Assembly: GCF_018977255.1 (NCBI RefSeq)
Contig: NW_024704743.1
Span: forward strand, 36,210,001 to 36,274,000
Reading direction: 5' to 3'
Source: Callorhinchus milii
Taxonomy: Eukaryota
DNA length: 64,000 nt
Shown here: one piece after another, positions 27,916-39,879 of the stretch
How positions within the stretch are numbered: the first letter of the stretch is position 1
How the letters are laid out: each line of letters starts with the position of its first letter
Notes under the pieces: model-generated
What the model was told of the DNA's origin: nothing
The model's database searches: none
Seen by the model: the letters and a program-made list of their open reading frames with translations, nothing else
Translations under genes and position numbers: made by a program

Positions 27916-28861
27916 AAAAGGAGGCCAGAACAGGGGCAAAGAGACAGAGGCCAGTGGGAAGAAAATTAGGAAAAAAAGGACACACTAAATTTAAAAAAAA
28001 ATGTTTTGCACTTGGTTCTTATTGAAAGTAGTAGATTATTGACCCTAAGTTGTAATATAAAGGCACTACTGCGAATCCATTTTGAATGACTGTGTCTATT
28101 TCCCGTGCTACATCATTGCTGCACTTTGATGTGAGGCCTGGTTACAAGTAACTCTGTGAGAGCTGCCACTGGTGCTGCAGAGCATTTCAGCACATTATCA
28201 CCTCTACAAAGCCACAGCCTCTCTGCCGACCGAACAACAAGGCATGAAGCTTCAGTAAGCCATAATTTCACCATTTATTTTTGCAAAGCCTGTTCACTTT
28301 AAGCTTCAATCGTTTTGAAGCTGCTTATCATCTAAATATAACAAATTGAGCGCTTTCTCCAAGCTATTATAATGTGTGGTTAAGTCAGATGATGTGGCAA
28401 ACTGCCAATCATTGATGACAAGTGGCACAGTGTTTACAAAATACATCAACTGGGTGAAATCAGCGGGTTGGAATTTGTGTGCTTTTCAATTTAAGTGGGG
28501 GGGGGGGTTTGGAAACATCTCATCGCGGTTGACTTTCACCAAGGAATATGCACTGTCTCTGCTCTGCCATCGAATCTGAAATAATTAGTGGTTTGGTCAT
28601 TATGAATAAGACTGAATTTCACCTTTTTCTGGTGGGCAGATTCAGTCACTGCTACCGTGAATGATGGTAGGGTATTGCAAGTGAAGAATACAAATTGCTA
28701 CAGTCTGGGAATACTGCTGCTTTCAAGCATATGCTTATTTCAGTTTGTGTGAACAGGGGATTGGAAGCATTAACTTACAATTGAAAAGAATACTAACCAG
28801 TTATTTTGTACGTTTAGCTCGGTGTGATACTTACAGCACAGGCGAACCATGGTTAGCATTC

Positions 28862-29312
28862 AACAACAACAACAACAAGATTGAATTTATATAGCGCCTT
28901 TCACGTCGGGAGGACGTCCCAAGGCACTGGACAGAGTACAGGATTTCATACCCGAGCTGGGGTTGGGGGGGGGGGTGGCTGGTGGCATGGTCGAAGAGGA
29001 GGGTTTTGAGGCGGAACTTGAAGGAGGCTAAGGAGGGGGTGAGGCGGAGTGATTGGGGGATGGAATTCCAGAGGTTGGGGGCAGAGTGGCTGAAGGCTCT
29101 CCCGCCAATGGTGGGGCAGGTGGGTCGAGGGACGTAGAGCGGGACAGAGCCGGCTGAGCGGAGGGAACGGGCGGGTTGGGAGGGAGTTAGGAGGTCACAG
29201 AGGTAGGGTGGGGTGAGGCCATGGCAGGACCAGGATCTTGAACTGGATCCTCTGAAGGATAGGGAGCCAATGGAGTCAGGAGAGAGTGGGGGAGATGGGG
29301 TCACGGAGTTTG
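28862..29312 (-). mobile_element. L2 LINE 3' fragment
   Basis: translation HGLTPPYLCDLL...GGRAFSHSAPNLWNSIP...FKFRLKTLLF and (caa)n tail. Confidence 0.92.
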
Positions 29313-30180
29313 ACCCCATTCAACTCGTACATTGCAGGTACTTCTGTAGAGGTTGTGCTGGCAAAGTGCTTTGGTGCTCTCTGGCCTAAAAATCCTCATT
29401 ATCTTAAAATCCTTTTATCTTAAAATTTAAGATCTTGAAGAATTTCGGAAAATACTTGGTATTTGGAAGCCGATTTTCTGCAGTTCTCCCATTGTCCACT
29501 TTTCACCCTCTCTTCCTCTCCCATTCCCTGAAAAGGTGAATTTTTTTCAAAATTTTCAGTTATAGACCTTTACAGCTGAAATACTGTGACAAACACTCCT
29601 TCTAAAAGCCTGTATCACTGGGAGTACAGAAAAGTGTCAATGTTACAACATTGGCCTCAGATCTCTACCTTGCAACATTTACCTCAGTGTATGTGGCACA
29701 GGATTTTACACTTATTTATTTTTTAATTCAATGTTTAACAGAAAATGTACATATATTATTCCCTTCTCCCTCATTCTCGAATACAATTCTTGCGTTTTCT
29801 GCGTCTTGGTAATTTAGTGGCTTATTGAAAGGTGGACCAGTTCTGCTCTGGCTAATGTGAGCTGGGAATTGTATGAGTGGCATGCACTGAGCACTTTCAT
29901 TCATTGACACTGAACAAGGTTTAAAAATCAATGCCAGCATTTGAGCAGTAACAAAAAAAGTGTGCTATTCTTGCAAATTTACAAAGTCACACAAGAGGAA
30001 TATGGGCTTGTGTTGAATATTCTGAAAACTGGTTGTTAGTCTCCTGACCCTGAAGTTCATGTCTGCAGATCCTGAAGTGCTCGCCCTGCTCGATGGGCCT
30101 GGACTGGGAGATGGATTGGAAGTGTTGATTCTGTGGTGTTCCTTCAGAAAACTGACCCCTCTTTATTCTTGTTTCTTCAG

Positions 30181-30317
30181 GCTCCTGAGGACCCAGTCCT
30201 TAGAATGGTACTACAATAATGTCAGAGGCAGATTCAAGCACTTCGGCAGCGCTAAAGTGGTTCAGACTTTGTTCAAGAAACGTCTCGCAGAGAGGGGGTG
30301 TCAGTCAGACTTACTAG
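30181..30317 (+). CDS. MYRIP: MYRIP internal coding exon, end of Rab27-binding Slp-homology domain (SHD2)
   Basis: ttcttcag acceptor and G|gtattt donor; 137 nt; encodes (R)LLRTQSLEWYYNNVRGRFKHFGSAKVVQTLFKKRLAERGCQSDLL, matching the recalled MYRIP motif LLRAQSLEWFYNNVKSRFKRFGSAKV better than melanophilin. Confidence 0.95.
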
Positions 30318-30489
30318 GTATTTACAAGAATCTTAGATTAACATCGCTGCCAATATTGCAGATGTAGATGCATTCTCCACTGTCATCATTGCTTTCAATT
30401 TTCTTCATCGATGCCTTTAATATTTTTCATCACATCTCCGTCTAATAATCTCATAGTAATTTTATGTCATAATTAAAAACAGAAACATC

Positions 30490-30800
30490 ATCTTTGAATC
30501 CAATTTAATCTCATCTATGGCAATATCTTTTAGTTCCAGTCATAGACTACAAATCCCATTCAATTTATACCCCAGGCTTTCAGTTCAAATTATGGGTTAC
30601 AATAACCTTTCAATTTAAATTGCAGATTGCGTCAAATATCCTTTTAGTTCAAATCACAGGTTCCAAAACTCTTGTAATTCAAATCATCTATGACAATATC
30701 TTTTAGTTCCAGTCATAGACAACAAACCCCATTCAATTCATATCATAGGCTACAATAGCCTTTCATTTGAATATTTCCAACAATACCTGTTCAGTTCAGA
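30490..30800. repeat. degenerate ~30 bp minisatellite
   Basis: recurring caata.c.ttt.a.ttc.a.tcat.g units; a ~55 bp block is duplicated at ~30511 and ~30683. Confidence 0.7.
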
Positions 30801-31059
30801 TCAAATCATTTCATCACAAGAGGCTGTTGGCAAAACAGTCACCACAAAAATAGAATTAAACCTCACAGGTATACACGGAACACACAGCTAGTGCCCGAAG
30901 GAGGTGAGAGATCACAGTTTGGAGATAACATTAATAAACTCCTCAAGCCTTACTCTTACATCATAACATCATATGAAGTGATCAGCCTGTGATTGCTTAT
31001 AACATGCCCCAGCCTGTGTCATCTTAGACTAGCTGTATTCAGTACATTAACTCTCTTGT

Positions 31060-32060
31060 AAAATGTCTGTTGATTCTAGACTTGGTGACCATAATGTAAT
31101 ACTGTCAAAAATAATTATAGAAAAGGAGATAGACATGACAAGGACCAATGTCCTTGATTGGAAAAAAAAGCTAATTACTGTATAATGATATGAAGAATAA
31201 ACTGGCTGAGATAGAAGGAAACATTGGCAAACAAAGCTGTTGAGCAACAATGGAAGATTTTTTAAGCATGAGATAGAAAAGGTTCAGGAGAAATATATTC
31301 CATTAAGAATTAAGGGGAAATTAACTAATGATGGGATGCCATGGATGAAAAAGGAGAAGCAAATTGCTTATTGGCTTTTTGGCTAAGGTCAAGTGTAGTT
31401 TCTGTTCACATCAGTTACTCTTTGAGTTGGCAATGCTGGGAAACGTCATCACCTGTTGAAATTTGCTTGTGTTGTTTACCTTGACTGAATCTCACCCATA
31501 ACTGGATATGGAAAGAATTGAGCACCTGACCATAGCGAGGCTTTCAGCCCTCTGTTGGAAGTGTTCAGTATTGCAGTACTTCTGATCTGAGGGGTTAGAT
31601 CTGCTCTGATAGCGGAGATACTGGAACTCAGAGCTCATTTGAGCACCTGGTCACTAGGTTCAGGAGAGGTGATCTGGTCACTTGACTTGCTTGTGAAGAC
31701 ATGGTTCAGATCCACATTGTCCTTTGACAATTTGGTGCCAAGAAGAGTTTGTTCCTTGTCTGGAGGGACAACCCTCGTTCCCAAAGGGAGACATTTCGGT
31801 CTAATTCGGTTAATGGGGGTGATCAGGCCTAACTTCGCTCACCAATAAAAACAAAATATTTTAATTGAAAGTACAGAATAGATAACAGAGAGGAAAATAG
31901 GAGTGAATATAAACTTAGGAAAGAGTTTTAAAAAAAACAGTTAGGGAAGCAAAGAGGAAGCATGAGGAGAACATAGCAAATGTCTAAAAAGAAATTGTAA
32001 GGTATTTTATAGGTGTGTTAGCAATAAAAGAATAGTTAAAGTAGGGGTAGGACCAGCAAT
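31060..32060 (+). mobile_element. old CR1 ORF2 (endonuclease-RT linker) fragment, split by the U2-headed element
   Basis: A-rich coding-like sequence: VQEKYIPLR..PWM before 31362, and EAKRKHEENIA..KVFYRCVSNKRIVKVGVGP after ~31860. Confidence 0.7.
31363..31856 (+). mobile_element. U2 snRNA-derived retroposed element (SINEU-like or chimeric U2 retrocopy)
   Basis: 31363-31416 matches U2 nt 1-54 at 46/54 by manual alignment to the recalled human U2; U2 loop IV-like TATTGCAGTACTT at 31569-31581; AATAAA and A-rich end. Confidence 0.75.
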
Positions 32061-32284
32061 ATAAATCCTTATAGTAGTAACCTGCCAGCCCTGGTATCAT
32101 CCTCATAAATCTACACTGTACCGTTTCTATTGCAACAACTCAGGAGGAGGCCATTCATCCCATTTTTTTCGTGTCAGTGCTTGCTCCTTCACAGAAGGAC
32201 AGCACCTCCAACAATTGGTCATTCACTGCCCTGGGACATGTTCCAGCCTGTGTGTGTTCCTACACTAGCTGTATTCAGTATATT

Positions 32285-32601
32285 AGTCCTGTAGCTCAGT
32301 GGTTAGAGCACTCGTCTTGCAAGCGAGACACCTGGGTTCAATTCCAGGTAGGGCGAAACCTTGGGCAAGTTTCCTTACTCCACACGCCTAATAATAATCC
32401 CTCCAAAACAAAAAACAATAATAAATTGGTCATTTTCAATCCACGACTGTTTGTGGGACACTGCTGTGCACAATTGGCTGCCGCGTTTTGCCCACAAATA
32501 TACGGTCAATTCACTTTACAGCAAATTCTGTGAAGCGCTTTGAGACGTCGAGAAGACGTAAAAAGCGCTATATCAAATGCAAGGATTATTATATTATTAT
32601 T
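32285..32601 (+). mobile_element. tRNA-Ala SINE, short subfamily
   Basis: A and B boxes, body and (TTA) tail as in the other copies. Confidence 0.9.
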
Positions 32602-34246
32602 AGCTGCCACATTACATACTACAAACTACAATAATAAACCTTTCTTTTTTTATTTTGGGGCAATAACATCAAACTGTCTGAAAGCACTTCACAGGAAGTT
32701 TGCAAATGCTGCAGCCATTTTGCACACAGGAAGATCCCATACATCGACCGCCATGAAGTAAATAACCCAATCAATTTTTTTTACTAAACATTCCATTTGA
32801 TAAAGCGCCTTAACAGGTCGAAATGTCTCAAAACTGCTTCACAAAGTTTTGCCTATGAGAGACCGACAAACATTCTGAAGTTCCACGCACTGTAAAGTGA
32901 GTTACACTTGGAAATAAAATGATAAAATATTAAAGAATGGTCACAGCTTGTGTGCCATTTTTCTTCATGAGTGAGTTACCCAGGCCTCACTTGGAGTAAA
33001 ATTAAAAACAAGCAATCTCTATAGTTTTCTTTTTAAGTATCTTTGTGTGATATCTTTTTTATAAATCAAACACAAACCCATTGCATTTCCCCCCTCCCCC
33101 CCTTCCCCTTTACTTTAATGGATTTCCTTTATTGTGTAAAATGAATAATCTCTGTTGCAGTGAGTCACTGTTGAAATAAAAAAAAGTTGTCTGCAGAGTG
33201 TGAAGCCATTGGTACCACACTGGCTTCACTGATATGGTAGTCATACATAATGAAGATTAAAGAGATGTTGTGTATTGGAGCCGGCTCTCAAAACAAACAA
33301 AAGTTACTCGGGGATAGTTATTGCAGTATGTTAGATATTAACGCTACATGTTTGAGTACTTGCTCACAGACAAGTTAAAGACTGATGTAGTTATGAAGAC
33401 TGAATCGGTCAGTGGTTTACCACTGGATTTTAATTAACAGGTTCCACAGATATTCACGGTGATGGTAGATTTTACAGTGTGTTTTTGATAGAAATCTTTG
33501 TGCATACTTTTTTCTACCGCCTCTGTTTTTTTTAAAAAAATGAATTTGATCAATTAAATAAATGGTTGATGTAAATATCAGTGTTTATTTCAATCTATTT
33601 GTTAGAAAACTGACACCTTACATTCACAAATCAAGTTATCACACTGTGGTGTTCCACCATTCTCTACACAACAACAACTTGTATTTATATAGTGTCCTTC
33701 ACCTGGGATAATGTCTCGAAGCGCTCAGAGATGGAATTCCACAGTGATACATGCAGAAACTCATCACTTTAAGAATATCCAAACTAGACAGAGTTCCATG
33801 CATCCCAATTATACATGGAAATCCCCAAATAAAAATGATCATTCCCTTTATACCTGTTTGTGGATCACTACTGTGTGCAAAATTTTGAAGTCTGCATTTG
33901 CCTCCCAAATATTCAGTCACTCAACCTTACAGTATATCCTGTCAACCATTTGACGCATCCTCTCAACAATGAAATACACTATATCAAATGTAAGTGTTAC
34001 TCATTATAAGAATATAGATGTACCCTAATCAGAACCATTCAAAAGACTCCATGGACTCTATTGTATTTCTCCTGCCGATCTTTGCAGTTCAAAATCTGCA
34101 GTAGTTGGTAACATCTTGAAACTAAGCATTTATTTGAGTGGTGCATGCATAGTATTTTCATACAGTTTTAGACAATTCTTTAGGCTCCTGCAATAGTTTA
34201 AAATGACACCATATTAAACATGGCCTGTGATCTCTGTTCTGTGCAG

Positions 34247-34327
34247 AAGGCAGTATTCTTGACGGTAGCCAGGAGAATGAAGACAGCATCTGTGGCAGTG
34301 ACTCCACATTCTACAGACAAAGTGAAG
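34247..34327 (+). CDS. MYRIP: MYRIP internal coding exon (81 nt, phase 1-1)
   Basis: tctgtgcag acceptor, G|gtaaga donor; encodes (E)GSILDGSQENEDSICGSDSTFYRQSE(G), matching MYRIP GSDSTFYRQSEG; absent from the ORF track. Confidence 0.93.
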
Positions 34328-35126
34328 GTAAGATGGAAATGTGCAAAGTATTGTCTGGAATAGAAAGAGAATGTGTCCAGTTTTGATTTGTGGGGCAAGT
34401 ATGTCATACACATGTAAGGATCACATTGGGCTTGAAAATGTGCTATTTGCCATTTGGAAATCATTGCGCTAATAGCAATTTTCTATTTGCTACTAAAATT
34501 GCAGAATTCGCTACCAAATTCGCAAAAATATCAGGAAAAAATTGTGGGTGGGGTGAAATCCGAACGACAGAAAATCCCACTTTGTGCTCAGCATTTTACT
34601 TTCCAAACTTCCCGGACGTTCAAAACTTCTTTCAGGCTCAAAATAGCCCCAAAGTTTGGATGCCAGTTCCAATTTTAGTGTTTATTAAAGAGATTTGATT
34701 GAATATTGTCAGGTTGAGCCATCGCTCAACAGGCCAAGCAGACGAATGCTTCACCAAGGATTCCACTATCACCTGTCATGACTTCCAAACACATGTCACG
34801 TGTCCAATACATACGTCGTCATTAAAAGCGATTCTATTCTGTCCTGTGCTCTTGTTCAGTGGACTTAGCAGAATTGGATACATCTGCTGTATTGTGCAAT
34901 TGGTTGTGTCTACTGGGAGTGTGGTGTTAATGGTTCTTTTAGTAGGAAATGTTGAGTTACTGCAGGAAATGAGGGGGCACTGTATAATTTGTACACAGGT
35001 GGCTAACTTAAGATCACACAAGATCACATTATTGGATTGATGTAGGAGGCCCTTCAGCCCAAACCTGCAAACTGGACGCAAAATATCATGTTCCTTGTTG
35101 CTATGCTATTTGCAAGTATGACTAGA

Positions 35127-35334
35127 GTCTAATATGCAGCAAATTCTAACTGGATTTCTTAATTAAGGAATCAGAGTGGGAATTCCTCCTCGGAATCGGA
35201 AGTGCATAATGCCAACTCACGGGACGGTCACTCCCAAAATAGATTGCATCGGAGCATAGTTCCCGCGGATTAGCATGACATACTTCAGATTTCCTTAATT
35301 AAGGAATCTCAGTAGAATTCGCTGCATAATAGAC
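35127..35334. mobile_element. palindromic MITE-like foldback element
   Basis: gtctaatatgcagcaaattctaactggatttcttaattaaggaatc is reverse-complementary to gatttccttaattaaggaatctcagtagaattcgctgcataatagac; inner arms also pair. Confidence 0.8.
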
Positions 35335-35524
35335 AGACCTCACTATCAAATTATCTTAAAAGAACGCAGCATTTATAAATCTTCTTGTTCCTGGTTTATC
35401 AGCTTATTTTCCAATAACTACCTCTCAAGTATTCTTTTGCAATTTTATACTGAGCATACAATATGAAACACAAGAGATGTAACTGAAACTCATTCCTACT
35501 GTGGTAATTGACTGACAGCAATTT

Positions 35525-36530
35525 ATTCATCGGGTGGCTGACACATCCAGGAACCCATCCTCACAATGCTTAAGAGTATCCACAACAGAGTGACTTCCAC
35601 ATCTGTACACATATAAATTTCCCTGTGTGTGGAATGGAATGTGCACTCTCTACCTGGAGGGATTTACCCTACTTACCTATTTGATCACTGGGTTAGGGAT
35701 TCTCAGCACTTGACTCCTGTTAACCTAAAGCGCTGTCAAGGTAAAGTCCTCCTTGCTGGACAAGCAGCAGAAAGCTTGCCAGACAGCAATATCAATGGCA
35801 AGCTATGTGGTTTTAGCTGGTTAGACTTCAGCAGTACCCCAACACACACTCTGGAGTCCCCAAGCCTTTGCTCTTGCCAACCTGCACTTAATACTTTCTG
35901 GAATTGGGTAAGCAGGCTGCATCCCTCCAGGAGAGATTGCGCATTCTATTCTGGAGGATATATCTCTGGAATATCCATGTGTAGGTGGGATGCATGGAAT
36001 TTTCAGTTTTTCTGGATACTCTTTAAGCATGATGGTGGGTCAGACACCCAGCTGACCAAAAAAAACAACATTTTTTGGCAGAGAATATTAGATGCTGGTT
36101 GGTATGAGCCAAGGTTTGAGAATGGCAGAATGTGCGTTGGGGTACTGCTGGAGTTTCAATCCTGCTAAAATGCCTAGGTTGCCATTGAAAGCACTTTAGC
36201 TTGCAAGGTTAACAGGAGTCAAGTGAGAAGAATATAATAATATAAAAGTCCTTGCATTTGATATAGTGCCTTATCAAGTCTTCGAGATGTCCCAAAGCGC
36301 TTCACAAAGTCCCTAACCCAGTAACCAATCTGCCCATTCAAGTCCTGCTGATGAGCCAGACTGGCTGGTCTGTCACCAGCAATACCCTGGAGTACTGTGG
36401 ACCTGCCTGGCTCAAGAACCAAACTATCAAGAATGCCACAAAGGATTGATTCGATTCTGACATTCCTTTTTGAAAGCCCTTCACCTTGGAACTAGTTCAG
36501 CTCCAAAGAGACCCACTTGCATTCCCACCA
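35525..36530. mobile_element. cluster of family A fragments in alternating orientation, with a SINE tail at ~36230-36306
   Basis: - copy 35525-35682, + copy 35683-36065 ending gctgacc(A)8, - copy 36070-36530. Confidence 0.75.
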
Positions 36531-37163
36531 AGGAGGAAGGGGCAAATTGGAATTAAGACTCTACTGTATGAAGTTCGTCGGAACCTCAGTGGGAGAATTT
36601 TCCCAACTCCCACAAACAGGTTTAGCAACATGACTCGCTCTTAGAAACTTCTGCCAGAATTTGACAAACATACAGTGATAAATATTTCAAGCAGAGATGT
36701 TTGTTGTAGCACTTTGAAAACCTCAAGCTCTCCAATGGTATGAATTATTGTAAAATGAATGAATCTGGTCTTAAGTAACCAGAATTTAAGTGGGTCATTG
36801 GAAATACAATAACTAAATGAAATTTTAATTAAGACCTGAAGAATTCAAACAACTGAGCTCACAAATAGAAAGACTCAAAGAACTCTGGAGCCGTCTAACA
36901 AGTTCATAAATCACATCTGTGAAAGGTGGCACCAGGACTGTGGAATACAGATAGTGACAGTGTCATACAAAAGCTGGATTCCATTTGTCATTCCCAGTTA
37001 ATATATAACATTGCTGCAAAACAGTAACCCAGAGGAGAGAGGAACTCAGTATGAAAGGGGAAAAATAACTGTAATCTAAGCACTCTGAGATGCTACCCTG
37101 CGTGGAAAGAATAAGTGCACGTTGTTCTTGTAATTCCCAGAACAGGTTAGGAGGTCAAAACTA

Positions 37164-37280
37164 CAGGGTGACCAAAAAGTTGTGATAACATTTATTTTAA
37201 TAATAATTACTTTACCTCTTCATCATTTCTTTAAGACTTATTAGTCATTGTAATGGTATCACAACTTTTTGGTCATCCTG
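37164..37280. mobile_element. 117 bp Tc1/mariner-type MITE
   Basis: TA|CAGGGTGACCAAAAAGTTGTGATA ... TATCACAACTTTTTGGTCATCCTG|TA; 24 bp TIR with one mismatch and TA TSD. Confidence 0.9.
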
Positions 37281-37870
37281 TATTACTGTGGGCTCTTTTA
37301 TTGAGGGTTTCGTAAGAAATGAGAAAGCACAGAATGAGCAAAAGACTTCAGTCCAGCAAGCCCACTCTTTCTACAGACCATGACAATGCACCTCTGCTTT
37401 AGTGTATTCTGACACTGACATCAATTTGTAAAGGAGACTCTGGTTTGGTGTCAAAAACCTATGAATTCTAAGTGGGCCACATTATATAGCTTCCTAGAGT
37501 TTACCACCTTATAAAGTCCACACGGTTGGGCAAGCTATATCTATTCCTAAAGTTGTGCTGCCTGCAATCTTGTTTTCATATAGATAATTTATTTGGTTCT
37601 AATGATTGATTCTCTTAGCCTTCTAATTAAGCTCAGGCAAATGAGTGTGCATTTGCTTGGTATGGCTTTGTACTCCTTCTTGAATTGGGAACCATATTTG
37701 TTTTTTTGCAGAGTTTCAAGCCTTCTCAGTGGTGAATAGCTAACTCTAATGTCTGTTAGTCGGTCTCCAACTCAGCCTCCATAAGAATCTAATTTGTCTT
37801 AGAATCTTATATTCCAGGGACTTGTTGGTTTTCAGCCCATTGATACTATCCATCCTGTAGATAGTAACAT

Positions 37871-38246
37871 GGAGCCCAGTAGCTCAGTGGTTAGAGCACT
37901 CGCCTCGCAAGCGAGAGACTTGGGTTCGATTCCCAGCAGGGCAAAGCCTGCTTCACATCCCCGCCTCGCCTGTCCCCCATTGGCAGACGGGATTTCTGCC
38001 ACTCTGCCCCCACCCTCTGGAACCCCATCCCACAGTCCCTTCATCTCGCTCCCTCCCTTGCCTCCTTCAAGACCCATCTCAAGACCCTCCTCTTCGACTG
38101 TGCTTTCAATCACCCTGCTTCCCCCCCTGCCCGCCACCCTCCCCATTCCCGACCCCCAGCTCGGGTCCGAAACACTGACTGTCCAGCACCTTGTGACGTC
38201 CTCCCTACGTGAATTGCGTTACACAAATGTAATTTTGTTGTTGTTG
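37871..38246 (+). mobile_element. chimeric retroposon: tRNA-Ala SINE head fused to an L2 3' end
   Basis: head with perfect B box GGTTCGATTCC to ~37945, then L2 sequence (gcctgcttcacatcccc...) ending in (ttg)n. Confidence 0.85.
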
Positions 38247-38452
38247 GCGTTGAAGCAGACAAGGGAGGCGGTGAGGCCTATTCCTATAACCTATACTTTT
38301 GCCTATAAATACATTGTCACTACACTTTACAGTATTTCCGGTTGAAGTGCTTTGAGATATCTTCCCAATATAAAAGGCGCTACATCAAATGCAAAGTTTA
38401 TGTATTGTTGTTATTATTTATATAACGCAGTTCACGAAGGGAAGACATCACA

Positions 38453-38755
38453 AGCTCAGTGGATAGAGCACTTGCCTCGCAAGCGAGAGACCTGGGTTTG
38501 ATTCCCGGCAGGGCGAAACCTTGGGCAAGTTTCCTTACTCCACACGCTTGATAATAATCCCTCCAAAACAAAGCCAATAATAAATTGGTCATTTCAATCT
38601 ACGACTGTTTGTGGGACACTGCTGTGTGCAATTGGCTGCCGCATTCTGCTCACAAATATACAGTCAGTTCACTTTACAGTATATTCTATGAAGCGCTTTG
38701 TGACATCTAGAAGATGTGAGAAGCCCTATATCAAATGCAAGGATTATTATTTATT
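38453..38755 (+). mobile_element. tRNA-Ala SINE, short subfamily, slightly 5'-clipped
   Basis: starts agctcagtggatagagcac; full body and tail. Confidence 0.9.
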
Positions 38756-38784
38756 AACCTCCAATATTGTCTCAGCCAGATGCT

Positions 38785-38940
38785 TATCCAGAAAATGATG
38801 GAAATCCACAGCAGTATATGAAACCAATAGATAGGTTAACTTTTCAGGTTTAACCTGTTTTAATGAAAGGTCACACCGAAAACATATTTCTCATTCAGAT
38901 GTGATTGTCCTCCTGTGCATTTCTACAATTTTGTGTTTTT
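38785..38940. mobile_element. degenerate Penelope-type repeat with partial inverted arrangement
   Basis: ttaatgaaaggtcacaccgaaaac...cagatg...ttttgtgttttt resembles the reverse complement of 23864-23968. Confidence 0.5.
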
Positions 38941-39879
38941 ACACAATCTAACACTCAGTCTAAAAATACATAGTCTCTACAGGGGACAGCAATTTCATGC
39001 AAAGAGCTTTGAGACCTTTCGATGCAACAGGTGGCATATCAAATGCAAGTATTATTGAGAATTATTAAAATTATGCCATACATTCTAAATAAAGATGCAC
39101 AGCTTGTTGCTGAGAACAATAATAATGATTGGAATCTAATTGGTAACTAAATGCTGCTTGCCGTTAATAGAGGAATGTTGATGATTTCATCTCTCATCAA
39201 AATTGTTTTCAGCTAATCTGAACAGGATTGCTCAAATTCCAGGGATTTATATCTGCAGTGTTTAATGTGCCAGTTATTCTAATAGTAATGAGACCATGGA
39301 GAGAAATCGTTCCCATCTGCTTTTGCGGGAAATAAAAAGATTGTTGTCAGAGTGGAATAAAGCAGCAGTTGAAAATAAAATCTAAATAATAAACATTTTT
39401 TATTTTAGACCCCATTATTAGGTTCCATTTATTTGTACCATTTAGGATCTTGAATACTTAGGGTGCAGAGGATTGTTAGAATGTAGAAAGCACTACAACA
39501 ACTTCCCTTTTCATAGTGCAGCTCATAAGGAGTAGCATCTTGGTGCTAAGGAACATGGAAACAGGAGGTGCCTTTGAGCCTGCCTCGCTGATCATGGCTG
39601 ATCTGCAACTCGATACCATGTGCCTGCCTATATCCATACTCGCTGATACCAATTACTAGACAAGTATTGATCTACTTCCCTCTTGAACATTCCCATCAAC
39701 TCTGCATCAATTTCCCTTTGAGGAAGTGAATGCCACAATCTCACAACTCCCCAAGTAAAGAAATGTTGTTTCACTGATTACATTAAAAGATTATGTCCTT
39801 TTGTTCTGGATTCTGCAACCACAGAATCAATAGTTGATGGAAAATAATATTAAAGTAATATAAAGCTTTGGTGAAGTCT

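Noticed and set aside
1..30180. Upstream MYRIP zinc-finger exon (CxxC-rich)
   Set aside because: No matching exon found by eye or in the ORF track; probably upstream of the window, though a miss cannot be excluded.
31363..31416. Functional U2 snRNA gene
   Set aside because: Substitution in the branch-pairing region (GTAGTT instead of GTAGTA), stems IIa/IIb and a canonical Sm site not recognisable, and it lies inside a CR1 remnant.
35629..36168. 179 aa ORF
   Set aside because: Spans oppositely oriented repeat fragments and has no recognisable domain.
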